From Candidatus Fonsibacter lacus (lineage in GTDB: Bacteria; Pseudomonadota; Alphaproteobacteria; Pelagibacterales; Pelagibacteraceae): DNA of 52,290 nucleotides. The notes below the pieces were generated by a model. It ran no database searches. It worked only from the letters and a program-made list of their open reading frames with translations, and was not told the DNA's origin. This document shows, in pieces, positions 22,333-31,380 of this stretch. Location: contig RGRP01000001.1 in NCBI GenBank assembly GCA_010021145.1, forward strand, positions 1 to 52,290, given 5' to 3'. The stretch's first letter is position 1. The number at the start of each line of letters is the position of its first letter. A program made the translations under genes and the position numbers.

Positions 22333-23522
22333 TAAGCAACAAGATAATTGCTTTTGTATTCCTCATCTTGTTCATTTTGATAAACTGACATTATTGGTTT
22401 ATCTTCGATTTCGAAAATGTCATCTGAGTAAAAGCCGTTAAATTTAGTTCTAAAAGTTAAGCCATAACTTCCTAATTGTCCAATCTCTATGTAATCACCT
22501 TCTTTTAAATTATTAGGCAACATGTAAGGACCTTTCATAAAATCCATACTATCACAAGTTGGTCCGTAAAAATTGAAAGGAGTTAAACGTCTGCTTAAAT
22601 CTTTTCCAGTATCAACAACTTTTGTTGGAAAAATGAAATTTGGAAATCCTGCATCAAATAAAGATCCATAAGTTCCATCATTAATATACAGACTTTGTTT
22701 TTTTCTAAGTTCAACTTTAACAATAGTAGAACCGCTTTCGGCAACGATAGCTCTTCCTGGTTCGCAAATTAATTCTGGTTGTTTAGGTAAATTTAATTTG
22801 TTTACTGCTTTTTTAATTTCTTCCATGTAGTTTTCTAGTGGTTGCGGATATAGATCTGGATACTTAGATGGGAAACCTCCGCCTACATTTATAATATCAG
22901 GTGTAATTCCTGATTTTAAAATTATATTTCCAATTTCTTTAATTCCTTTTGAATAAGATACGGGATGCATACATTGTGATCCAACGTGGAAACTTACACC
23001 AAGCTTTTTAACAAGTGGTCTTACTAATTTTATTAAATTAACAGCTTCAGCTGGAGAAGCTCCAAATTTTTTTGAAAGATCAATTTCAGAATGTTCATTA
23101 GAAACAAATATTCTTAAATATAAAGTTAAATCTTTTGCATCTTTAGTTGCTTCAAAAATTTTAATTAATTCATCTTTTGTATCAAAAGAAAAATCTCTCA
23201 CACCAAAATTAAAATATGCTTCTTCAATACTCTTTCTATTTTTTACTGTGTGCATGAAATAAAGTTTTGCATCTTTTGCAATCGACTTAACTAATTTAAT
23301 TTCTTCTAGAGAGGCTACATCAAAATTTGTGATTCCATTTTGATAGATGTGTTTAATAACACTTTTGTGAGGATTTGTTTTTACAGCGTATAGGGGTTTC
23401 CCCGGAAAATTATTTACAAAAAAATTGCAAGCCAGTTTTATACTTTCTGGTCGAATACAATATACAGGATTTACTGGTTGAAGATCTCTGACTAAGTCAG
23501 AAACAGAATTAAACTTTTTCAA
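22332..23522 (-). CDS. Fold-type III PLP-dependent ornithine/arginine/lysine decarboxylase
   Basis: YAVKTN (PLP Lys), FDVAS, KFGA, FHVGSQ, NVGGGF, EPGR, GPTCDSMD; TTG start with AGGA upstream. Confidence 0.9.
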   Translation of the reverse strand: MKKFNSVSDLVRDLQPVNPVYCIRPESIKLACNFFVNNFPGKPLYAVKTNPHKSVIKHIYQNGITNFDVASLEEIKLVKSIAKDAKLYFMHTVKNRKSIEEAYFNFGVRDFSFDTKDELIKIFEATKDAKDLTLYLRIFVSNEHSEIDLSKKFGASPAEAVNLIKLVRPLVKKLGVSFHVGSQCMHPVSYSKGIKEIGNIILKSGITPDIINVGGGFPSKYPDLYPQPLENYMEEIKKAVNKLNLPKQPELICEPGRAIVAESGSTIVKVELRKKQSLYINDGTYGSLFDAGFPNFIFPTKVVDTGKDLSRRLTPFNFYGPTCDSMDFMKGPYMLPNNLKEGDYIEIGQLGSYGLTFRTKFNGFYSDDIFEIEDKPIMSVYQNEQDEEYKSNYLVA

Positions 23523-23651
23523 TTCTTGTTATGTCCTTTTGTTAAAAAATTATTATTAATTAACCAATTGAGTCGGCAATTAAAGCTATTTTTAATTTCT
23601 GTAAAGTATTTATTTAGGGTAAGAAAAATTTTTTCCACACTGTGTCCTTAG

Positions 23652-23681
23652 CTTGAGATCGGGTTCGGGAAGGACTATATT
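23652..23681 (+). promoter_or_regulatory. Putative sigma70/sigma32-type promoter of regA
   Basis: CTTGAG-N17-CTATAT(T), same architecture as the CTTGAC-N17-CTATAT element upstream of rpmB. Confidence 0.5.
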
Positions 23682-23690
23682 CAGGTCTCG

Positions 23691-24257
23691 ATGAATAAAA
23701 TTTTAACCTCAAAAGTGAATTTAGGGCAGTTCGAGAACAAATCTTTGCTCATAGTGGATGACGATGACCCATTTCGAAACAGACTTTCAAAAGCCATGGA
23801 AAATAAAGGTTTTTTTGTTACCTCGGCCTCTAGCGTTGCTGAAGCAAACCAAAAAGTTAAATCCGCACCCCCAACTTTTGCCATTATAGACCTTAGACTG
23901 AACGATGGCAGTGGGCTGGATGTTGTTAAAGAGATACATAAAGTCAAAGCTGACAGCAGAATTATAGTTTTAACTGGTTATGGAAACATTCCAACGGCTG
24001 TTGCGGCAGTCAAATCTGGAGCCATAGACTACCTTGCTAAACCAGCTGACGCCGAGGATTTAGAGGCAGCTTTATTGGCAGATAAAGATAAGAAAGCAAT
24101 TCCTCCGGAAAACCCAATGTCGGCTGATAGGGTAAAATGGGAACATATTCAGAGAGTTTTTGAATTATGCGACCGAAATGTTTCTGAGACGGCCAGAAGA
24201 CTTAAGATGCACAGAAGAACTCTTCAAAGAATACTTTCAAAAAGATCTCCAAAGTAA
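23691..24257 (+). CDS. regA: Redox response regulator RegA/PrrA/ActR
   Basis: LLIVDDD, DLRLNDGSGL, LTGYGNIPTAVAAVK, PPENPMSADRVKWEHIQRV, NVSETARRLKMHRRTLQRILSKRSP. Confidence 0.96.
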   Translation: MNKILTSKVNLGQFENKSLLIVDDDDPFRNRLSKAMENKGFFVTSASSVAEANQKVKSAPPTFAIIDLRLNDGSGLDVVKEIHKVKADSRIIVLTGYGNIPTAVAAVKSGAIDYLAKPADAEDLEAALLADKDKKAIPPENPMSADRVKWEHIQRVFELCDRNVSETARRLKMHRRTLQRILSKRSPK

Positions 24258-24683
24258 CTAATTATTTTTACAAGACCTGAAATAGGTATTTTGTATCAAT
24301 ATTCTTTTGTTTGGTCCTGTTATTAAGTGATCTATTTTAAATAAATTATTATTTATTACTTTTAAATATGTTTTGTAGGTATCTTTTTTACAAAAGTACC
24401 ATGAAATAAGATTCTCTTTGAAGTTGTTATTAAATTTTTGATAAATTTTATTTTTTTTATCCCCTAACAAAAAGTAAAATTTTATAAAATTCTTATTTTC
24501 AATTATATCAAATTGTTGGTAGCCAGATATTGTATTTCCATTCCCCTTTTTATGAATTAGGCTTTTTTCTTCATAATGAAAATTATTTAATTTTTTAGAT
24601 TTTAAATAGACTAAGCCTTCGCCCAAAAAGCCATTTGATATTTTTTTTTTTAAATACCAAGAACCCAAAAGGTTTTTGAACAT
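24258..24683 (-). CDS. Hypothetical beta-barrel protein, DUF6314-like
   Basis: L.G.W...K.I at N-terminus, YEE, C..D.Y and GP.K motifs resemble DUF6314 (recognised by eye). Confidence 0.55.
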   Translation of the reverse strand: MFKNLLGSWYLKKKISNGFLGEGLVYLKSKKLNNFHYEEKSLIHKKGNGNTISGYQQFDIIENKNFIKFYFLLGDKKNKIYQKFNNNFKENLISWYFCKKDTYKTYLKVINNNLFKIDHLITGPNKRILIQNTYFRSCKNN

Positions 24684-24703
24684 TTATAATTAGATATTAA
24701 AAT

Positions 24704-25276
24704 TTAAGATTTTATATATTTTTTTAACTTGAAAATGTGAGGAATTAATAATGCAAGCAAAGTTATTTTAAACAGTTCTGCAAATATAAAAGGGGTCACT
24801 CCTAATTTTATAATAGAATCATTCCAACCAAATAATGTACCAAGCCATATAACTCCCAATATGTAAGTTGGGATGATTGCAATTATTAATTTTGTAATTC
24901 TTGTTAAAATTTTATCCTCATCTTTAACATTTCCAGAGAGATATACAGTAACAAAATATCCCATTAAGTATCCGCAAGTTGGTCCAAGTATATAACTTAA
25001 TCCAATTCCTTTTTCAGGAGTGCCAGCAAATACTGGTAGACCAAACAAACCTTCTAAAAAATAAGTTAATAGTATTAAAAGACCAATTCTTTTTCCAAAT
25101 GCAATTCCAATTGCCATAATCACGAATGTTTGCATAGTCATTGGCACAGGATAAAATGGAACTTTAATTTTTGCTGATAATGTAATTATAAAAGTTGCAA
25201 AAAGAACTATGGGTAAAAACCACATAATTTCTTTTAATAAAAAATTTTTTTTATTTTGAATTTTGTTACTAAGCAT
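24704..25276 (-). CDS. bioY: Biotin transporter BioY
   Basis: PVPMTMQT, GLPVFAG, GPTCGYLMG; multiple TM helices. Confidence 0.93.
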   Translation of the reverse strand: MLSNKIQNKKNFLLKEIMWFLPIVLFATFIITLSAKIKVPFYPVPMTMQTFVIMAIGIAFGKRIGLLILLTYFLEGLFGLPVFAGTPEKGIGLSYILGPTCGYLMGYFVTVYLSGNVKDEDKILTRITKLIIAIIPTYILGVIWLGTLFGWNDSIIKLGVTPFIFAELFKITLLALLIPHIFKLKKYIKS

Positions 25277-26201
25277 TCTTTTTTGTTAGTTTTAAAAAAA
25301 CATCTTCTAAGTCAGCATCTTCTGTTAAAATATCCAAAATTTCAATATTTTTTTCTTTAACCTCAGATATGATTTCTTCAATTTTATTCTCATTTTTATT
25401 GTAGGTAACGCTAATAAGGTCAGGTTTTGGATAATTAACTACAAGACCAGAATTTAATTTTTCTCCAATATTTTTAGGCACTTTTAATTTAAAAATTATT
25501 TTTTTTGTTAATATATTGTTTAATAAATTTTCAGTTTTATCTAAAGCTATTAACTGACCATGATTAATAATTGCGATCCGGTTACATAGTTGTTGGGCTT
25601 CTTGAAGATAGTGTGTTGTTAAAATAATTGTAACCCCTTGTTTATTAAGCTGTTGAATATTCTCTAAAAGTTGCTGTCTAAGATCTACATCAACACCGGC
25701 GGTAGGTTCGTCTAGAATTAAAATAGGAGGACGGTGAACAAGAGCTTTTGCAACCAACAATCTTCTTTTCATTCCACCAGATAAACTCCGAGCATAGGAG
25801 TCTGCTTTTTCTCTAAGCATGGTAATTTCTAAAATTTTATCTGTAATTCTTTCACTCTCTTTTATTCCATACATTCCAGCTTGAATTTCTAGTAATTTTC
25901 TTGGAGTAAAAAAAGGATCAAGATTTGTTTCTTGAGGAACTATTCCTATAGAACTTCTTACCTCTCTTGGATTTTTATCTAGATCGAAATTCCAAACTTT
26001 TACTGAACCAGAAGATTTTATAACTGTTCCTGCAAGAATATTTATAAATGTAGATTTGCCAGCACCATTTGGACCTAATAAACCAAATATTTCTCCCTTA
26101 TTAACATTTAAATTAATGTTTTTTAAAGCATGGATTGTATTTTGTTTTGTCTTAAATTCTTTTGAAAGATTAGTAATTTCTAGGGCTAAAAAATTTTCCA
26201 T
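25269..26201 (-). CDS. ABC-2-type (YadG-like) ABC transporter ATP-binding protein
   Basis: GPNGAGKST, LSGGMKRR, LILDEPTAGVD, TTHY, DLEDVF; no cognate permease adjacent. Confidence 0.88.
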   Translation of the reverse strand: MENFLALEITNLSKEFKTKQNTIHALKNINLNVNKGEIFGLLGPNGAGKSTFINILAGTVIKSSGSVKVWNFDLDKNPREVRSSIGIVPQETNLDPFFTPRKLLEIQAGMYGIKESERITDKILEITMLREKADSYARSLSGGMKRRLLVAKALVHRPPILILDEPTAGVDVDLRQQLLENIQQLNKQGVTIILTTHYLQEAQQLCNRIAIINHGQLIALDKTENLLNNILTKKIIFKLKVPKNIGEKLNSGLVVNYPKPDLISVTYNKNENKIEEIISEVKEKNIEILDILTEDADLEDVFLKLTKKNA

Positions 26202-26249
26202 TAATATTATCTAATATAATTTTTATATTTATAAGATAATATTTATTTA

Positions 26250-29045
26250 ATGACCAATTCTAAAAAAACAGACCTTCTTTATCTAATTGATGGCTCTGGT
26301 TATATTTTTAGAGCTTTTTATGCTCTTCCTCCACTTACAAGGAAAAGCGATGGAATGCCTGTTGGAGCAGTCAGCGGATTTTGCAATATGCTTTATAAGT
26401 TTTTAGAAGATGCAAAATCAAAAAATGGTCATGAAAAACCAACTCATATAGCGGTTATATTTGATAGCGCTAGAAAGAATTTTAGAAATAATATTTACCC
26501 AGAATACAAAGCAAATAGAACCGAAACTCCAGAAGATTTAATACCTCAATTCAGCTTTATACGTGAAGCGGTAAAAGCTTTTAATTTACCGAGCATAGAG
26601 ATGGAAAATTATGAGGCAGATGATTTGATAGCCACCTACAAAAAAGAAGCTTTAAAAAAAAATATAAGAGTTAAGATTATTTCGTCAGACAAAGATTTAA
26701 TGCAATTAATTGATGATCAAACAACACTTTTTGACTCAATGAAAAACAAAGATATTGGAATTGAAGAAGTTAAAGAAAAATTTGGCGTAACCCCAGATAA
26801 AGTTATTGAAGTACAAGCGTTAGCAGGGGATAGTTCAGATAATATACCCGGAGTTCCGAGTATAGGAGTTAAAACTGCTGCAGAGTTAATTAATGAATTT
26901 GGTTCGGTAGAAAATTTATTAAAGAATATTGATAAAATTAAACAGCCAAAACGAAGACAAACAATTTCTGACAATAAAGAAAATGCACTGATTAGTAAAA
27001 AATTAGTAACTCTAAAAAATGATGTTCCTACGGTTGAAAAAATTGAAGATTTTATCCTTAAGGATTTAGATAAAGAAAAAATTATTTCATTTTTAAAAAA
27101 AATGGAATTCTCTAGACTTTTAGAAAGAGTTGAAAAGGCTTATGGAACGCAAGCAGATAAACAAAATGTTATTTTAGAAGAAACAAAAGACAGCATTTCC
27201 TCAAAAAAAAATATTTCTAGAGAAAATTATAAAACAGTTTTTAAATTATCTGAGCTAGAAAAAATTTTACAAGAGGCTGAGAAAAAAGGCTCAGTCGTTG
27301 TTGATGTTGAAACAAATTCTTTAAATATCAGACAGGCTGATTTAGTTGGCATTTCATTATGCATAAAAGAGGGGAATGCTTATTATGTTCCTTTAAATCA
27401 TTCTAATAAAGAGGATAAAGAAATTAAATTTCAGTTAGATACTGATGCTGTTATTAAAAAGATCAAACCTTTTCTTGAGGACAAAAGTATAAAAATAATT
27501 GGACATAATATTAAGTATGATTTTCGAATATTAAAAAAATATGGAATTCATTTAAATTCAATAGAAGATACTATGTTAATGTCTTATGTCTTAGATGCTG
27601 GAATAAATCGCCATGGAATGGATTTACTCTCTGAGACTCATCTAAATCATAAGACAATATCATTTAAAGATGTTGCGGGTATTGGAAAGTCACAAGTTAC
27701 TTTTGATAAGGTTCATATTAATAAGGCAACCGAATATGCAGCTGAAGATGCTGACGTTACTTTAAGATTATATAATTTTTTTAGTAATAGAATTTTTAAA
27801 GAAGAAGTATTGAAGGTTTATGAAGAACTTGAAAAGCCGATGATACAAGTTTTGTCGCAGATGGAGGAAAATGGAATCAAAATTGATGAGAAAATTTTAA
27901 AAAATTTATCTTTAAAATTTGAAAAAGAATTAAAAGTTTTAGAAAAAAAAATTTATGAACTCGCAGGAGAGGAATTTAATATTGCATCCACAAAACAACT
28001 TGGTGATATTCTTTATAAAAAATTAAAAATTGTCGGTACGAAGAAGACCAAAAAAGGTAATTACGCTACAAATGTTAATATTCTAGAGGATTTAGCTTTC
28101 CAAGGACATGATTTACCTAAGCTTATTCTGGATTGGAGACAAAAATCTAAATTAAAAAATACTTATACAGATAGTTTGCAGGAGTTTATCGATCCTAAAA
28201 CTAAAAGAATTCATACATCTTTTTTACTTGCAGCTACGAATACAGGTAGACTTGCATCTAGCGATCCCAACATTCAAAATATTCCAATTAAATCTGCAGA
28301 AGGCAAAGAAATACGTTCTGCATTCATAGCTGAACAAGGCAATTTTTTAATTTCAGCAGACTATAGTCAAATTGAAATGAGAATACTTGCACATATGGCG
28401 GATGTTAAAGAACTGAAGAAAGGTTTTTTAAATTCTGAGGATATTCATAATATGACAGCAGCTCAAATCTTTGAGGTAAAACACAGCGAAATCAATGAAG
28501 AGATGAGAAGAAAAGCGAAAGCAATAAATTTTGGAATTATTTATGGAATTTCATCATATGGGCTTGCTAAGCAAATTTCAGTTTCTAATACTGAAGCAGA
28601 ATCTTTTTTAAAATCTTATTTTAAAAAATTTCCAGAAATAAAAGATTATATGAATGAAACATTAAAAAGCTGCAGAAAAAATGGTTATGTAAAAACAATA
28701 TTTGGTAGAAAATGTAATTTCCCAAATATTAATGATAAGAATCATACTTTAAGAACTTTTCAAGAAAGAGCATCTATTAATGCTCCCATTCAAGGAACAG
28801 CAGCAGATCTTCTAAGATTTGCAATGATTAAAATAGATCAAAAAATTCAAGATCAAGATTTGAAATGTAAAATGCTTTTACAAATTCACGATGAGCTCGT
28901 ATTCGAATCTTCGACCAATAATATTCAAAAATCAAAAACTGATATTGTCGAAATAATGTCAAAAGCTTCAGAGCCGGACTATAAATTTTCTATTCCTTTA
29001 AGCGTAGATATTAAAGAAGGGTTAAATTGGACGACTGCGCATTAA
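26250..29045 (+). CDS. polA: DNA polymerase I
   Basis: 5'-3' exonuclease (LIDGSGYIFRAF, EADD, GDSSDNIPG), 3'-5' exonuclease (DVET, YAAEDAD), polymerase motifs ADYSQIE, KAINFGIIYG, QIHDEL. Confidence 0.98.
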   Translation: MTNSKKTDLLYLIDGSGYIFRAFYALPPLTRKSDGMPVGAVSGFCNMLYKFLEDAKSKNGHEKPTHIAVIFDSARKNFRNNIYPEYKANRTETPEDLIPQFSFIREAVKAFNLPSIEMENYEADDLIATYKKEALKKNIRVKIISSDKDLMQLIDDQTTLFDSMKNKDIGIEEVKEKFGVTPDKVIEVQALAGDSSDNIPGVPSIGVKTAAELINEFGSVENLLKNIDKIKQPKRRQTISDNKENALISKKLVTLKNDVPTVEKIEDFILKDLDKEKIISFLKKMEFSRLLERVEKAYGTQADKQNVILEETKDSISSKKNISRENYKTVFKLSELEKILQEAEKKGSVVVDVETNSLNIRQADLVGISLCIKEGNAYYVPLNHSNKEDKEIKFQLDTDAVIKKIKPFLEDKSIKIIGHNIKYDFRILKKYGIHLNSIEDTMLMSYVLDAGINRHGMDLLSETHLNHKTISFKDVAGIGKSQVTFDKVHINKATEYAAEDADVTLRLYNFFSNRIFKEEVLKVYEELEKPMIQVLSQMEENGIKIDEKILKNLSLKFEKELKVLEKKIYELAGEEFNIASTKQLGDILYKKLKIVGTKKTKKGNYATNVNILEDLAFQGHDLPKLILDWRQKSKLKNTYTDSLQEFIDPKTKRIHTSFLLAATNTGRLASSDPNIQNIPIKSAEGKEIRSAFIAEQGNFLISADYSQIEMRILAHMADVKELKKGFLNSEDIHNMTAAQIFEVKHSEINEEMRRKAKAINFGIIYGISSYGLAKQISVSNTEAESFLKSYFKKFPEIKDYMNETLKSCRKNGYVKTIFGRKCNFPNINDKNHTLRTFQERASINAPIQGTAADLLRFAMIKIDQKIQDQDLKCKMLLQIHDELVFESSTNNIQKSKTDIVEIMSKASEPDYKFSIPLSVDIKEGLNWTTAH

Positions 29046-29084
29046 AACTTTTGATTATATAAATATTATTATAAAATAATTTAC

Positions 29085-29786
29085 ATGAATAAAACAATCG
29101 CCCTAGTTGATGATGATAGAAATATTTTAACAAGTGTTTCAATGGCACTTGAGAATGAGGGTTTTAAAGTTCAAACTTATCTTGATGGTGAAAGTGCATA
29201 TATCGGGATGACGCGCAATCCTCCAGATCTAGCAGTTATAGATTTAAAGATGCCCAAAATGAATGGTGAAGAATTATTAGAAAAATTAAGAAAAAAATCT
29301 TCTATACCTGTAATTTTATTAACCTCCAAAGATGATGAAGTTGATGAATTATTAGGATTAAAATTAGGTGCCGACGACTATGTTAAAAAGTCCGGAGGCT
29401 TCTCTATTAAAGTATTAATAGAAAGAATTCGTGTTCAATTTAGAAAATTAGAACCCAAGGTTTCATCTCAACCAAAAAATATTTTAACAGTTGGAAGATT
29501 AACCTTAGACTCCGAACAATTAGAATGCGAGTGGGGAGGAAAAACTTTACCTGATAAATTAACTACAACTGAATTTAAGATTATTTATGAGTTAGCAAAA
29601 AGGCCTGGAGTTGTTAAAGAAAGAGCCTATTTAATGAATATTGCCTATAAGCAAGACAATGACATTGAAGATAGAACAATAGATAGTCATGTTAAAAGAA
29701 TAAGAAAAAAATTTAAAAAGATTGATCCTAAATTTTCAGCAATAGAAACAAGATATGGAAGCGGCTATCGCTGGAATATCAGTTAA
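29085..29786 (+). CDS. chvI: OmpR-family response regulator ChvI
   Basis: TIALVDDDRNILTSVSMALE, LTSKDDEVDE, DRTIDSHVKRIRKKF, IETRYG.GYRW. Confidence 0.9.
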   Translation: MNKTIALVDDDRNILTSVSMALENEGFKVQTYLDGESAYIGMTRNPPDLAVIDLKMPKMNGEELLEKLRKKSSIPVILLTSKDDEVDELLGLKLGADDYVKKSGGFSIKVLIERIRVQFRKLEPKVSSQPKNILTVGRLTLDSEQLECEWGGKTLPDKLTTTEFKIIYELAKRPGVVKERAYLMNIAYKQDNDIEDRTIDSHVKRIRKKFKKIDPKFSAIETRYGSGYRWNIS

Positions 29787-29791
29787 GCAGA

Positions 29792-31327
29792 ATGAAATTT
29801 TCTGTTAATTTAAAATCTTTATTAGCAAGATTTTTATTTATAAATTTATTTTTTTTTTCAATTTTAATTTTAGCAACTTACTCATATCTTCAGTCGATTG
29901 AACCTGAGCTTGTTGGCAATAAAAGAAAAGAACATTCTAAACTTATTAAGAATATCGCTTTAAATATGGAGTTACAGCGTATTCCTTATAGGAGAGATGA
30001 TCTTAAAAATTTTTTAACAAATTATAAATATTTATTACCGAATATTAACCAAATTAGAATTTACAATCTAAAAAAAGAAATCGTAGTGGATGCCCACTCT
30101 TTAGATATCAATGCAAAACCATTTTATAAAGTACCAGATGTGCAAGAGAGAAAATTAACATCAGATAATGTGCCAGACACTCCTGATCTAACTACTCGAC
30201 AGGAAGAAAGGCTACTTAATAAAATTATTAATGATAATTTAAATATATTAGGATCCGATAAGATTTTAACTTTTTCAAAAAAGATTAAAAATAATTTTGT
30301 TGTCGTTAGTTTATCTTCCTTATCTTTAAATAATGAAAATAAAGGCTTTATTGTTATTACTGAAGAGTCGAATGATATCGAAAATGCTGTTGTGGAAAGA
30401 AAAAACTTTGTTATTAGAACAGCATTAAGTGTTGCTGTGATCATATTAATTTTTTCAATATTTTTAAATGCAAATATTATTAAACCAATTAGAATTTTAG
30501 GACGTTATGCATCTTCAGCAAGCTCAGATCACCCTGATAACAAAATTATTAATAGAATTAATCTAAGGCCCGATGAAATTGGTAATCTATCAAGATCACT
30601 TTCGGGGATGACAGATAATCTTTATAAAAGAATTGAATTTGCAGAAAGATTTGCATCTGACCTTACTCATGAAATTAGAAATCCATTAGCATCATTAAAA
30701 GCAGCATCAGAACTACTTCCTAATGCAAAAGACTCAGAAAAAAAGATCAGGTTACTTGGAATTTTAAATGATGACGTTGTAAGGATTGAAAGATTGATAA
30801 CTGACTATTCTAATATGCTCAAAGGAGAAGCGTTAGAGGCAAAATTACGATTAACTAAATTTGATTTAATTAAACTTATTAAAAAAGTTGCAGATGAATA
30901 TCAGCAAGTTATTGATAATACTAAAAAAAATATTTCAATAGAGATTAATAATTTAATCAAGAAAAAAACATTTGTTATTGGTTTTGAAAGTCGAATTGAA
31001 CAAGTTATTTCTAATATATTAGAAAATTCTATTTCATTTAGTCCTGAAAAAAGCACTCTACGAATAAATATTGAGAGTATGAATAATTATGCAAAAATAA
31101 TTATTAGTGATGAAGGTCCGGGATTTAACGAGAGTAATATTGGAAAAGTTTTTGAGAGATTTTATAGTAATAGACCAAAAGAGATGTTTGGTCTCCATTC
31201 TGGATTAGGATTAAATATAGTTAAAAATATAGTCGAATCTCACAAAGGTCATATTAAAGCTTATAATTTAAAAGAAGAGGGAAGAAGAGGCGCAGTAGTT
31301 GAGATTGATTTGCCAATAGCAGATTAA
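29792..31327 (+). CDS. chvG: Sensor histidine kinase ChvG/ExoS
   Basis: 2 TM helices + HAMP (RPDEIGNLSRSL), FASDLTHEIRNPL, FERFYSNRP...HSGLGL; follows chvI. Confidence 0.88.
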   Translation: MKFSVNLKSLLARFLFINLFFFSILILATYSYLQSIEPELVGNKRKEHSKLIKNIALNMELQRIPYRRDDLKNFLTNYKYLLPNINQIRIYNLKKEIVVDAHSLDINAKPFYKVPDVQERKLTSDNVPDTPDLTTRQEERLLNKIINDNLNILGSDKILTFSKKIKNNFVVVSLSSLSLNNENKGFIVITEESNDIENAVVERKNFVIRTALSVAVIILIFSIFLNANIIKPIRILGRYASSASSDHPDNKIINRINLRPDEIGNLSRSLSGMTDNLYKRIEFAERFASDLTHEIRNPLASLKAASELLPNAKDSEKKIRLLGILNDDVVRIERLITDYSNMLKGEALEAKLRLTKFDLIKLIKKVADEYQQVIDNTKKNISIEINNLIKKKTFVIGFESRIEQVISNILENSISFSPEKSTLRINIESMNNYAKIIISDEGPGFNESNIGKVFERFYSNRPKEMFGLHSGLGLNIVKNIVESHKGHIKAYNLKEEGRRGAVVEIDLPIAD

Positions 31328-31380
31328 AATTCATAAATAAAATTGATATAGCGAAGTTTTATTGTTAATTAACTTTTTAA

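Noticed and set aside
23523-23630. Alphaproteobacterial speF leader RNA upstream of the decarboxylase
   Set aside because: Only a weak AT-rich hairpin (about 23557-23582) is visible and I cannot match it to the motif by eye; needs an Infernal search.
23631-23639. DnaA-box-like TTTTCCACA next to an AT-rich tract (possible oriC)
   Set aside because: Single imperfect box; the same 9-mer occurs inside fabI (3271) and ubiE (10342); no box cluster.
31328-31380. SAM-V or SAH riboswitch before ahcY
   Set aside because: Only 53 nt, very AT-rich, no recognisable aptamer core.
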